Part shown: positions 17,983 through 27,607 of the stretch, piece by piece
How the letters are laid out: every line of letters begins with the position of its first letter
How positions within the stretch are numbered: position 1 is the stretch's first letter
Origin: Nitrospirota bacterium
GTDB lineage: Bacteria > Nitrospirota > Thermodesulfovibrionia > UBA6902
Direction: 5' to 3'
NCBI GenBank assembly: GCA_011040095.1
Contig: DRDE01000038.1
Location: forward strand, 1 to 37,989
Length of the DNA: 37,989 nucleotides
Program-made: the position numbers and the translations under genes
Notes under the pieces: model-generated
The model's database searches: none
Seen by the model: the letters and a program-made list of their open reading frames with translations, nothing else
Told to the model about the DNA's origin: nothing

Positions 17983-18441
17983 ATGGCGCGAAAACTTAAA
18001 CTCTATTTAGATACATCAGTGCCAAATGCATATGTGGATGATAAAAATCCTGTCCGGCAAGGGGTGACAAAGGACTTCTGGGCAAGACTTGATCGGTATA
18101 ACATCTTCACTTCTGAACTTGTTGTTGAAGAAATTGAAGCTACTGGCAATATAAATAAAAAGAATCAACTCCTTGACTTGATTAAAGGCTTTGAGAAACT
18201 TTCCATTAAAGGAAAAGAGACAGAGGCTTTAGCTGAAGAATATGTAAAGAGAGGTATAATCCCTGTAAAGCACATAGAAGATGCTGTTCACATCGCAGTT
18301 GCCACGGTTTATTCCCTTGATGTGCTTGTAAGCTGGAACTTTGAGCACATTGTAAAGCTGAAGACCAAAAGAGAAATTAATGTTGTCAATATATTATTGG
18401 GCTACAATCAATTGGAAATTGTTGAGCCAACTATGCTTTGA
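17983..18441 (+). CDS. PIN domain protein
   Basis: YLDTSV, EEI, EDAVHIAVA, LVSWNFEHIV motifs; GGAGG RBS. Confidence 0.9.
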   Translation: MARKLKLYLDTSVPNAYVDDKNPVRQGVTKDFWARLDRYNIFTSELVVEEIEATGNINKKNQLLDLIKGFEKLSIKGKETEALAEEYVKRGIIPVKHIEDAVHIAVATVYSLDVLVSWNFEHIVKLKTKREINVVNILLGYNQLEIVEPTML

Positions 18442-18458
18442 AAAAAGGGGGTGTCAGA

Positions 18459-18650
18459 ATGGCTTATTTCAGTGAATTTTATCAAGTAGAGGTGCGAGAC
18501 GAGATTGCAAAAGAATTCACTAATTCCCAAGGCGAGGTAGACGATATGATGGCTGGTCTTCATGAGATCAGGGTAAGGAAAGCAGAAAAAAAATATGATT
18601 TAAAAGAATTGTCTAAAAAGGTAATATCAAGAGAAAAAGTAATTTTTTAA
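18459..18650 (+). CDS. Small hypothetical protein, possible antitoxin partner of the PIN protein
   Basis: ATG 18459 after a G-rich RBS, immediately downstream of the PIN gene. Confidence 0.5.
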   Translation: MAYFSEFYQVEVRDEIAKEFTNSQGEVDDMMAGLHEIRVRKAEKKYDLKELSKKVISREKVIF

Positions 18651-18662
18651 ATGATAAAAAGA

Positions 18663-18805
18663 GAGGCTCTTGCAAAAGTCTTGTTTTGTCATTCCCGAGG
18701 TAGTAATCGAGAATCCAGTTTCTTTAAAAAACAAAAACTTCTGGATACCCGTTTTCACGGGTATGACGGCACAGGTCGTTTTGCAGGGACTTTTGCAAGA
18801 GCCTC
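18663..18805. mobile_element. 143-bp MITE (family A), copy 2, inverted relative to copy 1
   Basis: Perfect 18-bp TIR GAGGCTCTTGCAAAAGTC; ~94% identical to the reverse complement of 1897..2039. Confidence 0.88.
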
Positions 18806-18859
18806 AAGAGCATGGAATTTCAACAAGGAATTAATAGAGTCTCTATATTTTGAAGGTAA

Positions 18860-19903
18860 ATGAATAGTTCAAATAAAAAGGGGGGTGGGTTGAGACGATT
18901 TATTGCTTTATTATTGACAATATCTATCGTGTGTATTTTTACCGGCTGCACCAGAACCAGTGAAAAAGAAGTAGTGGTTTATACTTCATTAGACCAGATA
19001 TTTTCAGAGCCTGTTCTTAGGAATTTTGAAAAGGAAACCGGGATTAAAGTAAAAGCTGTTTATGATGTAGAGGCTTCAAAGACAACCGGTCTCGTTAATC
19101 GACTGATTGCAGAAAAAGAGAGACCAAAGGCGGATGTGTTCTGGAATTCAGAAGTTGCGCAGACCATTATTTTAAAGGATAAAGGCGTTTTGGCGCCGTA
19201 TCGATCTCCATCTGCTGAAGATATTCCTCAAAAATTCAGGGACAAAGAGGATTACTGGACCGGCTTTGCTGCAAGGGCAAGGGTCCTAATATATAACACA
19301 AATCTCCTTAAAGACTCAGACCTCCCAAAATCCATTTTTGAACTGACTGAGCCTCAATGGAAGGGCAAGGTGGCTTTAGCCTATCCACTATTTGGCACTA
19401 CTGCAACACATGTAGCTGCCCTGTATTCCACTCTTGGACAGGAAAAGACCGAGGCATTTTTAAAGGCTTTAAAGGCTAATGATGTAGTTATTGTCAACGG
19501 CAACTCTGTTTCACGTGATGTTGTGGTTGAAGGGCAGCTTCCTTTGGGCTTTACTGATACAGATGATGTGAATGTGGCTATACAGTCGGGAAAACCGGTT
19601 AAAATGCTCTTTCCTGACAAAGAAGGCATTGGCACGCTGCTCATTCCAAATACGGTGGCATTGATTAAAGGCGCTCCGCATCCGGGAGAGGCAAAGGTGT
19701 TTATTGATTACTTGTTGAGCCGGAAGGTTGAGAGCAAGCTTGCTTTTTCAGAATCAGCCCAGATACCTGTAAGGGATGGTGTGAGTAAGCCGCCGCATAT
19801 ACCGGATATTTCCTCAATAGGGGTCATGGAAGTTGATTATTATAAAATAGCCGGGAACATGAAACGGGCTGCCAAATTCAGCCAGAACCTGTTCGTAAGA
19901 TAA
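18860..19903 (+). CDS. ABC transporter substrate-binding lipoprotein, Fe3+/AfuA-FutA-like family
   Basis: FTG-C lipobox; VVVYTS, FEKETGIKV, PKADVFW, RARVLIYN motifs. Confidence 0.9.
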   Translation: MNSSNKKGGGLRRFIALLLTISIVCIFTGCTRTSEKEVVVYTSLDQIFSEPVLRNFEKETGIKVKAVYDVEASKTTGLVNRLIAEKERPKADVFWNSEVAQTIILKDKGVLAPYRSPSAEDIPQKFRDKEDYWTGFAARARVLIYNTNLLKDSDLPKSIFELTEPQWKGKVALAYPLFGTTATHVAALYSTLGQEKTEAFLKALKANDVVIVNGNSVSRDVVVEGQLPLGFTDTDDVNVAIQSGKPVKMLFPDKEGIGTLLIPNTVALIKGAPHPGEAKVFIDYLLSRKVESKLAFSESAQIPVRDGVSKPPHIPDISSIGVMEVDYYKIAGNMKRAAKFSQNLFVR

Positions 19904-19908
19904 ACAGA

Positions 19909-21465
19909 ATGAAACCTCCCCGTTTTTTTTCGCTGGCGGTTATTATTCTGTTTTCCATTATTGTTCTCCTGCCGATCGGCTATATGATATCGGCTCCTTT
20001 ATGGGGAGAGACACCAGTTCAGGCAGACAGTGCAGGCGCCCTGTTTGACAGCCGGCATATTACCTTGTCACTGAACAGCCTTGGATTGGCAGGGGGCACA
20101 ACAATTCTCAGTCTGATAATAGGAGTTCCTCTGGCAATTCTTATTTCCCGCACCAACTTATGGGGAAGGAGGGTGTTTGGAATTGTTTATATAATACCGA
20201 TACTCATTCCTCCTTACATCCACGCTATTGTATGGAGACACCTGAATGGTTTTATTAAGAGATTTCTGTCCCTGGATATCCACAGCCTGTGGGGTGCAAT
20301 ATTTGTTCTTACACTTGCATATTTCCCTTTTGTAACTCTTCTGACTCAGAGTGGACTTAAGTCTGTTGACAGGAATATGGAAGAATCTTCCCTTCTCTAT
20401 CATGGGAATTGGAAAACTTTGAAACGCATTACCCTTCCCCTTGTATCACCTCACATTATTTCAGGGGCGATATTTGTATTTATATTTACCATTGTCGATT
20501 TTGCTGTTCCCGACATATTCAGAGTAAAAGTTTATCCTGTAGAGATATTTATCCAGTTCAGCGCATTTTATGATGAAAGAGCCGCAGCTATTTATTCTTT
20601 GCCTTTAATAGCAGTTACCCTGATTTTACTTATCCTGCAGAAGAGACATATGAAAGACCGGGCTTACGTCCAGATATCCGGGGGTATCTCAAAGGCAGTG
20701 AGGTATAATCTTGGACGTCTGAATACGGCCGCATTCGGCATTTGCCTTTTAATCATCTGTCTTTCCGTGTTAATTCCCGTAGGGGTATTATTAAAGGTTG
20801 CAGGTCCTTTTTCCAGCTACATCAGAGTGTTTAGTATGTCCGGAGAACAGATTCTATACAGTCTGGTTCTTGCTTCTACAGGCGCAGTGTTGGCAGTCTG
20901 TTTGGCCTTTTCCATTTCATACCTGATTGAAAGAGCAAAGGCAGGATTAAAGACGCCTCTTGAATTTGCTTCGTTTGTTCCCCTTGCCATTCCTGCTACT
21001 GCCCTCGGGATCGGTCTTATAAAGGTCTGGAACCGGCCTGTAGCCGACATTATATATGCAAGTCCGCTTATTATTGTCCTGGGATATATAGCCCGTTTTA
21101 TTCCATTTGTCATAATCGCCGTGACATCGGGCATGAAACAGGTTGGACAACGTGTGGAGGAGGCAGCGTTTTTAACTACCGGCAACTGGAGTAAAGTAAT
21201 GTACAGAATTATAATCCCCCTGACAAAACATAGTCTGATTGCCGGTTTTTTTATCGTATTCATACTATCAATCGGAGAACTCGGGACTACACTTCTTGTC
21301 ATACCACCCGGAAGGGAGACAGTTCCGATAAAGATTTATAATTTGATGCATTACGGCGCTGATCAGATGGTTGCTGCATTGTGTCTCATATTAATTGCAA
21401 TAATTCTTGCCTTTTCAGGGCTGTTTTTAATAGTTCATAAAAGTCTCAATAAACAGAGCGCTTAA
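19909..21465 (+). CDS. ABC transporter permease, FbpB-like (duplicated TM domain)
   Basis: About 12 hydrophobic helices; two EAA-like loops (MEESS, VEEAA). Confidence 0.9.
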   Translation: MKPPRFFSLAVIILFSIIVLLPIGYMISAPLWGETPVQADSAGALFDSRHITLSLNSLGLAGGTTILSLIIGVPLAILISRTNLWGRRVFGIVYIIPILIPPYIHAIVWRHLNGFIKRFLSLDIHSLWGAIFVLTLAYFPFVTLLTQSGLKSVDRNMEESSLLYHGNWKTLKRITLPLVSPHIISGAIFVFIFTIVDFAVPDIFRVKVYPVEIFIQFSAFYDERAAAIYSLPLIAVTLILLILQKRHMKDRAYVQISGGISKAVRYNLGRLNTAAFGICLLIICLSVLIPVGVLLKVAGPFSSYIRVFSMSGEQILYSLVLASTGAVLAVCLAFSISYLIERAKAGLKTPLEFASFVPLAIPATALGIGLIKVWNRPVADIIYASPLIIVLGYIARFIPFVIIAVTSGMKQVGQRVEEAAFLTTGNWSKVMYRIIIPLTKHSLIAGFFIVFILSIGELGTTLLVIPPGRETVPIKIYNLMHYGADQMVAALCLILIAIILAFSGLFLIVHKSLNKQSA

Positions 21466-22185
21466 ATGTTAAGTATTGAGCATCTGACAAAAAGATATGG
21501 TGATACAGAAGCTGTAAAGGACCTGACACTCGAACTTTCTTTAAATGAAATCCTGGCAATCATAGGGCCGTCCGGATGCGGTAAAACTACCCTTCTGAGG
21601 TTGACAGCCGGTTTTGAAAGCCCTGATAAGGGGAGGATATTAATTGACGGCGTTGAGGCCAGCGCGCCAAATTATTTAATAGCGCCTTACAGGAGAAGCT
21701 TGTCCATGATATTCCAGGATCTTGCCCTCTGGCCTCACATGACAGTGAAAGAGCATGTGGAATTTGTTCTTAAGAAAAACAAGCTTTCAAGAGGTGATAT
21801 TAATTTAAAAATCGACCGGAACCTTGAAGACGTAAATTTAAATGGATACGGCAATCGAAGACCTCATGAGCTTTCCGGAGGCGAGAAACAGAGACTGGCT
21901 ATTGCAAGGGCGCTGGCATCAGAACCGACTTATTTGCTGATGGATGAGCCTTTCAGCAACCTTGATTCAATCTTGAAAGATGATTTGCAGGAATTGCTCC
22001 TCAGCCTCAAAAATCATCATGGGATGAGTATTATGTATGTAACCCATAATATAGAAGAAGCGCTTGCGCTTGCCGACAGGATAGCCGTCATTAATAACGG
22101 GAGGCTTGAACAAATCGATACTAAAGATAATATACTGAATAATCCCAAAAATGATTTTGTTCGTCGTCTTTTAAGAATTAAATAA
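21466..22185 (+). CDS. ABC transporter ATP-binding protein, FbpC-like without the C-terminal TOBE domain
   Basis: GPSGCGKT, LSGGEKQR, LLMDEPF, YVTH motifs; only 239 aa. Confidence 0.95.
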   Translation: MLSIEHLTKRYGDTEAVKDLTLELSLNEILAIIGPSGCGKTTLLRLTAGFESPDKGRILIDGVEASAPNYLIAPYRRSLSMIFQDLALWPHMTVKEHVEFVLKKNKLSRGDINLKIDRNLEDVNLNGYGNRRPHELSGGEKQRLAIARALASEPTYLLMDEPFSNLDSILKDDLQELLLSLKNHHGMSIMYVTHNIEEALALADRIAVINNGRLEQIDTKDNILNNPKNDFVRRLLRIK

Positions 22186-22192
22186 ATTTTAT

Positions 22193-22708
22193 ATGAAGAC
22201 CATAACGCCAAGAGAGTTGTTCCTTATTATATTTTTTATCTTATTTATTCTTGTTGCATATGCAGGCGCTGGCAATGCCCATGCAGAAGAAAAACCCCTT
22301 GTTTTTTCCACGTGGGAAGGGTTTGAGGTAGATAAGTGTTCATCGATATGGCTTATAAAGCGGTTTATTGACAAAAATGCCGTTATAAAATTCTTTCCCA
22401 AGGGGGAGGAAATAAAAGAGGGTATTCCATTTGATACGCCGGATGCTAAATTAAGAAGGTATCACAACATGTCTACATTCGAATCTATTTTGAAACATTA
22501 TAAGCTGCGGGATCGAAAACTTCTCTACATAGGCAAAATCATCCATGATATAGAAGTAAACATATGGGAGAGAAAGGCGCTTAAGGAAACTTTAATGGTG
22601 CAGAAGGCTGTCAACGAAATTATAACGAATTCAAAAAATAATGATAAAATTATAGATAAAAGTCTTAAGTATTTTGATTCTCTGTACATAAAATTTTTTA
22701 GAAAGTAA
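22193..22708 (+). CDS. Secreted ChrB C-terminal-domain (chromate resistance exported protein-like) protein
   Basis: VD..S.WLIKRFID...F...IPFD...TFE.IL..Y.L.D...I..IIHDI motif set; signal peptide ending AHA-E. Confidence 0.78.
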   Translation: MKTITPRELFLIIFFILFILVAYAGAGNAHAEEKPLVFSTWEGFEVDKCSSIWLIKRFIDKNAVIKFFPKGEEIKEGIPFDTPDAKLRRYHNMSTFESILKHYKLRDRKLLYIGKIIHDIEVNIWERKALKETLMVQKAVNEIITNSKNNDKIIDKSLKYFDSLYIKFFRK

Positions 22709-22848
22709 GGCAAAACCAAAATGAAAATTCTCACTTATATCATTATACCCCACATTCCGTACTTATGAGGAGGCAGAATTTGGAATTCAGCATTTTCAAA
22801 AATCACAAATAAACAGAGGGTTAAGTCGTTACTTGTGTAAAGAAATTT

Positions 22849-22964
22849 GTAACCGTTCACGGGTTATGTTTGTTTACGTTTGCTGGTTACAAACACCGCA
22901 ATGGAAAGACTAAAATCCCCTCTCAAGAGGGGAAAACTGATAACCGCCCCCTGTGAACGGTTAC
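22849..22964. mobile_element. 116-bp MITE (family C) with 8-bp target-site duplication
   Basis: TIR GTAACCGTTCAC / GTGAACGGTTAC; AGAAATTT on both flanks (22841-22848, 22965-22972). Confidence 0.85.
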
Positions 22965-23022
22965 AGAAATTTTATGAAAATCAAGAAGGCCGACAGTAAA
23001 ACCTGCAGCCCGGTGTTAAATC

Positions 23023-23084
23023 TTATCAGTTTACGGTTTGCAGTTAAAACCGGTAACTGTCAACTGTTAACCGTGAACGGTTAC
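23023..23084. repeat. Partial family C element (right TIR only)
   Basis: GTGAACGGTTAC at 23073-23084; TTATCAGTTTACGGTT shared with the element at 32717. Confidence 0.65.
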
Positions 23085-23092
23085 TTTCTTTT

Positions 23093-25147
23093 TCAGGTTC
23101 GCAGCTCGGCCTTAAGTTCAGCTTCAAGTCTTTTTAATATAACGGAATGTACAGCATCCACTTCACTGTCGGTGAGGGTTTTTTCAGCAGATCTGAAACG
23201 GATAGAGAACGCGAGGCTCTTTTTGTCATCCGGGATGGGTTTTCCTGTGTATATGTCAAACAATGTAATTGATTCAATTATATCCGAATCAATACCGAGT
23301 ATGATTTTTTTAGCCTGTTCAACCGGTATATCTTTTGATACTATTATAGCTATATCTCTTTCAACATAAGGATACCTGGGCAAGGGGGTATAAGTTATTC
23401 CGGCAGGAGCTGCCATTTGGATTTTTTCCATATCAAGTATCTCCAGTATATTTACATTCCCTTTAATGTCGAATGCATGGGCAACTCCTGGATGCAGTGT
23501 GCCGAGTGAACCCGCTTTCTGGCCGTTAATAGTAATCGAGCACGATTTGCCGGGATGGAGATACGGTTCAACCGGAGCTGTATCACGTTCAAAAGAGTAT
23601 TCTTTTATTTTCAGCTCCATAAAGAGATTCTCCAGGGCGCCCTTTAAATTGTAGAATCCGTCATGTTTGTCCTGCCAGATAGAGGCGTTTGTGTCCTTGT
23701 GGTAAACAGCCGCAAACCGGGTAATCTCCTCAGGAAGTTTCTGGCCGGAAGACAGAAATACACGCGAGACCTCGAAAAAACGAAGCATCTTTTCCCCGCG
23801 ATTCAGATTCAGGCTGACGTTATTCAACAAGGCGGGTATGAGCGTTGTTCTCATTGCCGACTCCTCTTTTCTCAGGGGATTTTTAATATACACGAGATTC
23901 CTTCTTCCATCATTTGCAGGTAAATTCAGTTTTTCGAGTGCATCAGGATTCAGGAAACTGAAATTGATCACTTCTGAAAAACCCGACTTAATCATGGAGT
24001 TTTTCAGGATTTTAACAAGCTCCTGTGTCTTATGCTCAGGGGGAGAACTCATTTGCATGAAGGGCATGGTAGAAGGTATATTATCGTATCCGTAGAGCCT
24101 GGCCACCTCTTCAATGATGTCAACATCCCTTTCAATATCATTTCTGTATGCCGGCGGAATTGCAGCAATGCCCTCCCCTTCCCTTTCAACCCTGAACCCG
24201 ATATTGCGCAAGCTCCTTTCGACAAAAGACCCGGCAATATCAACCCCGATAACAGAGCTGATTTTTTTAAATGAAACCCTTATCTTTTTCGGCTCAAACA
24301 GCCCGGGATATTTGTCAATAATTTTTGTGACCCGGCCGCCTGCTGTTTCCGCTATCATCTGCGCCGCCCTGTCAAGGGCAAGAGTTACGGCCTCAATATC
24401 AACCCCTCTTTCAAACCTGTATGATGATTCCGTGGAAAGGTTAAGCGACCTGGATGTTTTTCTGACTGAAGAGGGGTTGAAATAAGCGCTTTCAAGCAGT
24501 ATATCAACTGTTGATTCCGAGACCCCGGTATTCCGGCCTCCCATAATGCCTGCAATTGCAACGGGCTTTTCCGCATCCCATATCAGCAGCGTCTCTTTTG
24601 ACAAATCCCTTTCTTCGTCATCAAGTGTCCTGAATTTTTTCACATCGCCCGCCTCCCTGACCACTATCTTTTTCCCTGCAAGCTTGTCGAGATCAAAGGC
24701 ATGCATGGGCTGGCCGAGTTCGAGCATGACATAGTTGGTGATATCTACAATATCGGATGTTGCCCTGATACCGCAGGATTCAAGTCGTTTTGAGAGCCAC
24801 TCAGGAGAAGGCCCGGGTTTTACACCTGTTATGATCCTTGAGGAATAACGCGGACAGAGTCCGGGATTTTCAATCTCGACAACAGGCCCGTCGCCTTCTT
24901 CCTTCTCAATCCCTGTTGAGATATCTTTGAATGGAATTTCCAGAACAGCCGATATTTCACGGGCAATCCCCCGGACACTTAAACAGTCGGGCCTGTTGGG
25001 TGTAATGCCGATATCAAATATAGTATCTTCTTCGACTTTTTCAATTGCTTCAACCTCAAGACCGGCCATTGTCAGTGTGTGAGACAGTTCTTCCGGCGGC
25101 AAGTTAAAATCGACAAATTCTTTAAGCCAAATGTAAGATGCTTTCAT
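23093..25147 (-). CDS. pheT: Phenylalanine-tRNA ligase beta subunit (short form)
   Basis: ITPNRPDCLS, VDITNYVMLELGQPMHAFD, SYRFERG, DIIEEVARLYGY; C-terminal FDX-ACB domain. Confidence 0.97.
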   Translation of the reverse strand: MKASYIWLKEFVDFNLPPEELSHTLTMAGLEVEAIEKVEEDTIFDIGITPNRPDCLSVRGIAREISAVLEIPFKDISTGIEKEEGDGPVVEIENPGLCPRYSSRIITGVKPGPSPEWLSKRLESCGIRATSDIVDITNYVMLELGQPMHAFDLDKLAGKKIVVREAGDVKKFRTLDDEERDLSKETLLIWDAEKPVAIAGIMGGRNTGVSESTVDILLESAYFNPSSVRKTSRSLNLSTESSYRFERGVDIEAVTLALDRAAQMIAETAGGRVTKIIDKYPGLFEPKKIRVSFKKISSVIGVDIAGSFVERSLRNIGFRVEREGEGIAAIPPAYRNDIERDVDIIEEVARLYGYDNIPSTMPFMQMSSPPEHKTQELVKILKNSMIKSGFSEVINFSFLNPDALEKLNLPANDGRRNLVYIKNPLRKEESAMRTTLIPALLNNVSLNLNRGEKMLRFFEVSRVFLSSGQKLPEEITRFAAVYHKDTNASIWQDKHDGFYNLKGALENLFMELKIKEYSFERDTAPVEPYLHPGKSCSITINGQKAGSLGTLHPGVAHAFDIKGNVNILEILDMEKIQMAAPAGITYTPLPRYPYVERDIAIIVSKDIPVEQAKKIILGIDSDIIESITLFDIYTGKPIPDDKKSLAFSIRFRSAEKTLTDSEVDAVHSVILKRLEAELKAELRT

Positions 25148-25170
25148 AATTGTGAGTTTTTCTTCTTATA

Positions 25171-25270
25171 TTCCCCTCTTTTGGAAAAGAGGGGTCAGGG
25201 GAGATTTTATAATTGAAATAATTAATCCCGATTAAAAATCCCCCTTAAATCCCCCTTTGCTAAAGGGGGA
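25171..25270. repeat. CCCCT..AGGGG palindromic repeat pair between pheS and pheT
   Basis: CCCCTCTTTTGGAAAAGAGGGG and TCCCCCTTTGCTAAAGGGGGA hairpins; similar short hairpins near 15729 and 22916. Confidence 0.65.
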
Positions 25271-25278
25271 AAGTTAAG

Positions 25279-26295
25279 TCAAAATTGTTCAAGAAAACGT
25301 TTATCGTTCTCAGGGAAGAGTCTTATATCATCAATGCCGTATTTGAGCATTGCCACACGCTCTATGCCGAGTCCGAATGCAAAACCCGTATAAAGCTCCG
25401 GATCATATCCCGCCTTTTCATATACCCGGGGGTTAATCATGCCCGCGCCGAGAATCTCTATCCACCCCGTGCCTCCGCACACATTGCACCCGGAGCCGTT
25501 ACATATGACACAGGAAATATCAATCTCAGCGCTCGGCTCGGTGAAAGGAAAAAAGCTCGGCCTGAACCTGAGCGATGTATCCGGGCCGAAGACCCTGTGA
25601 ATGAACAGTTCCAGGACACCCTTAAGGTCGCTGAAGCGAATATGTCTGTCAACCATAAATCCCTCTAATTGATGAAACATCGGGATATGACTGACATCCG
25701 CATCGCATCTGTATACCTTGCCAGTGGCAATGACCCGGAGCGGGGGTGAATTTCTCTCCATAACCCGGACCTGAACGGATGATGTATGGGTTCTCAGGAC
25801 TACATCGTCACTGATGAAAAAGGTATCCTGCATATCCCTTGCCGGATGGTCCTTCGGGAAATTCAGGGCCTCGAAGTTATAATAATCAAGTTCCACTTCA
25901 GGCCCTTCTTCAACAGTGAAACCCAATGAAATGAATATACCGCTTATTTCATCAAGAACACGGGTTATGGGATGCAGGTGTCCGGTCGGGATAAAACATC
26001 CCGGCACTGTTACGTCGATTTGCCGGGTCCGGAGGGATTTGTCTAATTCAGAGGACCTGAATTTATCTTCCTGTTTCCTGAGCAGTGATTCAATGAAATT
26101 CCTGGATTCATTCAGGATGCGGCCGACCATAGGTCTCTCTTCCCCGGGAATGGAACCTATGGATTTTAACTTTGCGGTAAGCAACCCTTTTTTGCCTAAG
26201 TATTTTACTTTGAGGTTATGTATATCCTGAAGGCGCCGGGCATTGCTGATTTCATCCCGGGCGAGGTTCTTTATGGATTCAATGTCATTGAGCAT
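25279..26295 (-). CDS. pheS: Phenylalanine-tRNA ligase alpha subunit
   Basis: [38 protein letters not shown]; start MLNDIES (26295) overlapping the rplT end is preferred to 26343. Confidence 0.97.
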   Translation of the reverse strand: MLNDIESIKNLARDEISNARRLQDIHNLKVKYLGKKGLLTAKLKSIGSIPGEERPMVGRILNESRNFIESLLRKQEDKFRSSELDKSLRTRQIDVTVPGCFIPTGHLHPITRVLDEISGIFISLGFTVEEGPEVELDYYNFEALNFPKDHPARDMQDTFFISDDVVLRTHTSSVQVRVMERNSPPLRVIATGKVYRCDADVSHIPMFHQLEGFMVDRHIRFSDLKGVLELFIHRVFGPDTSLRFRPSFFPFTEPSAEIDISCVICNGSGCNVCGGTGWIEILGAGMINPRVYEKAGYDPELYTGFAFGLGIERVAMLKYGIDDIRLFPENDKRFLEQF

Positions 26296-26644
26296 TCCCT
26301 TTTTTGACCATTTCGACGAGGTTATCAAAGGCCTTTGGATCATTGAATGCCAGATCGGCCAGAGCTTTTCTGTTCAAATGAATATTCATGTTTTTGAGTT
26401 TATTCATGAACTGGCTGTATGACATGCCCAATGCCCTTACCGCGGCATTGATCCTGATAATCCAGAGTGACCTGAATTCTCTCTTTTTAGCCCGCCTGTC
26501 CCTGTAGGCATTTAACAGCGCCCTGTCAACCGCTTGTGCTGCAACTTTATAAAGACGGCTTCTGGCGCTGTAGTAGCCCTTCGCCATCTTAAGGAGTTTT
26601 TTTCTTCTTCTCCGTGTCTTGAATCCACCTCTTGCTCTCGGCAT
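26285..26644 (-). CDS. rplT: 50S ribosomal protein L20
   Basis: [29 protein letters not shown]. Confidence 0.98.
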   Translation of the reverse strand: MPRARGGFKTRRRRKKLLKMAKGYYSARSRLYKVAAQAVDRALLNAYRDRRAKKREFRSLWIIRINAAVRALGMSYSQFMNKLKNMNIHLNRKALADLAFNDPKAFDNLVEMVKKGNAQ

Positions 26645-26777
26645 TTATATTTACCTCCTGAAATTACTCGTGTTAACCAGACAGTAATTATACAGTATAT
26701 TTATAGTTTTTGGAATACTTGGAAGGTTGTAAAATTTTGGTTCATTCGTAAAAAAGTTGAAAACACATGATCAGTCT

Positions 26778-26875
26778 GTCATTCCGGCTTGTCGGGAATC
26801 GTTCTTTAAAGGAAGGATTCCCGACGCGCTTCGCTTGCGGGAATGACAAATAACTGTAGGTTTATACACAGACTT
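26778..26875. repeat. Partial family B MITE/REP doublet between rpmI and rplT
   Basis: GTCATTCC..GGAATC and GGATTCCCG..CGGGAATGAC hairpins; right end GTTTATACACAGACT identical to 1834-1848. Confidence 0.7.
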
Positions 26876-27069
26876 TAATTAGGAAGCATTTTCCTGACAC
26901 TGTCGATATTTGTTTTATCAACCAGTCCGCTTTTCCTGAGCAGCTTTGTTCTCTTCGATGACTTATGGGTCAGGAGATGGCTCATGTAAGCCTTGTTTCT
27001 CTTAAACTTCCCTGTCCCGGTTTTTTTAAACCTCTTTGCAGCGCCTCTATGTGTTTTTAACTTTGGCAT
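26875..27069 (-). CDS. rpmI: 50S ribosomal protein L35
   Basis: [21 protein letters not shown]. Confidence 0.98.
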   Translation of the reverse strand: MPKLKTHRGAAKRFKKTGTGKFKRNKAYMSHLLTHKSSKRTKLLRKSGLVDKTNIDSVRKMLPN

Positions 27070-27107
27070 TTTAATTTATTCCTCCTCCTGTATAACTCAT
27101 TCCCCTC

Positions 27108-27605
27108 TTATTTTGGCGCAAGAACGATTATCATGCGGTTGCCTTCCATTCTCGGAAACTGTTCAACGTTTGCAGTTTCAGACAGGTCCTTAACAATCCG
27201 GTCCAACACCTTCTGGCCAAGTGACTTATGAACTATCTCTCTTCCTCTGAAAAACATCGTTATCTTTACTTTATGTCCGTGCGCCAGAAATTTCCCGGCG
27301 TTTTTCATTTTAAAAAGCAGATCGTGTTCATTAATCTGAGGCCGTACTTTCACCTCTTTCACTGTTACTGTTTTATGCTTTGCTGAATGTTTTTTTGCCT
27401 GCTGGTAACGGTATTTGCCGTAATCCATTATCTTACAGACAGGGGGCCTGGCCTCCGGGGCCACCTCAACAAGATCCAGATCCTTATCTACAGCAAGCTT
27501 CCTGGCGCTAAACAACTCCATAATGCCTAACTGTTTACCCTCGTCATCTATTACTCTTACTTCTTTTGCCCTGATCCACCTGTTTGTTCTTAATCCTTTA
27601 CTTAT
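27108..27605 (-). CDS. infC: Translation initiation factor IF-3, ATA start
   Basis: DLVEVAP..PPVCKIMDYGKY; the frame extends upstream through IRAKEVRVIDDEGKQLGIM to an ATA 5 nt after AGGAGG. Confidence 0.95.
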   Translation of the reverse strand: MSKGLRTNRWIRAKEVRVIDDEGKQLGIMELFSARKLAVDKDLDLVEVAPEARPPVCKIMDYGKYRYQQAKKHSAKHKTVTVKEVKVRPQINEHDLLFKMKNAGKFLAHGHKVKITMFFRGREIVHKSLGQKVLDRIVKDLSETANVEQFPRMEGNRMIIVLAPK

Positions 27606-27607
27606 AA

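Noticed and set aside
18651-18863. 70-aa ORF between the PIN pair and the ABC transporter
   Set aside because: Mostly MITE copy 2 sequence.
22953-23369. 138-aa plus-strand ORF
   Set aside because: Starts in a MITE TIR and runs antisense to pheT.
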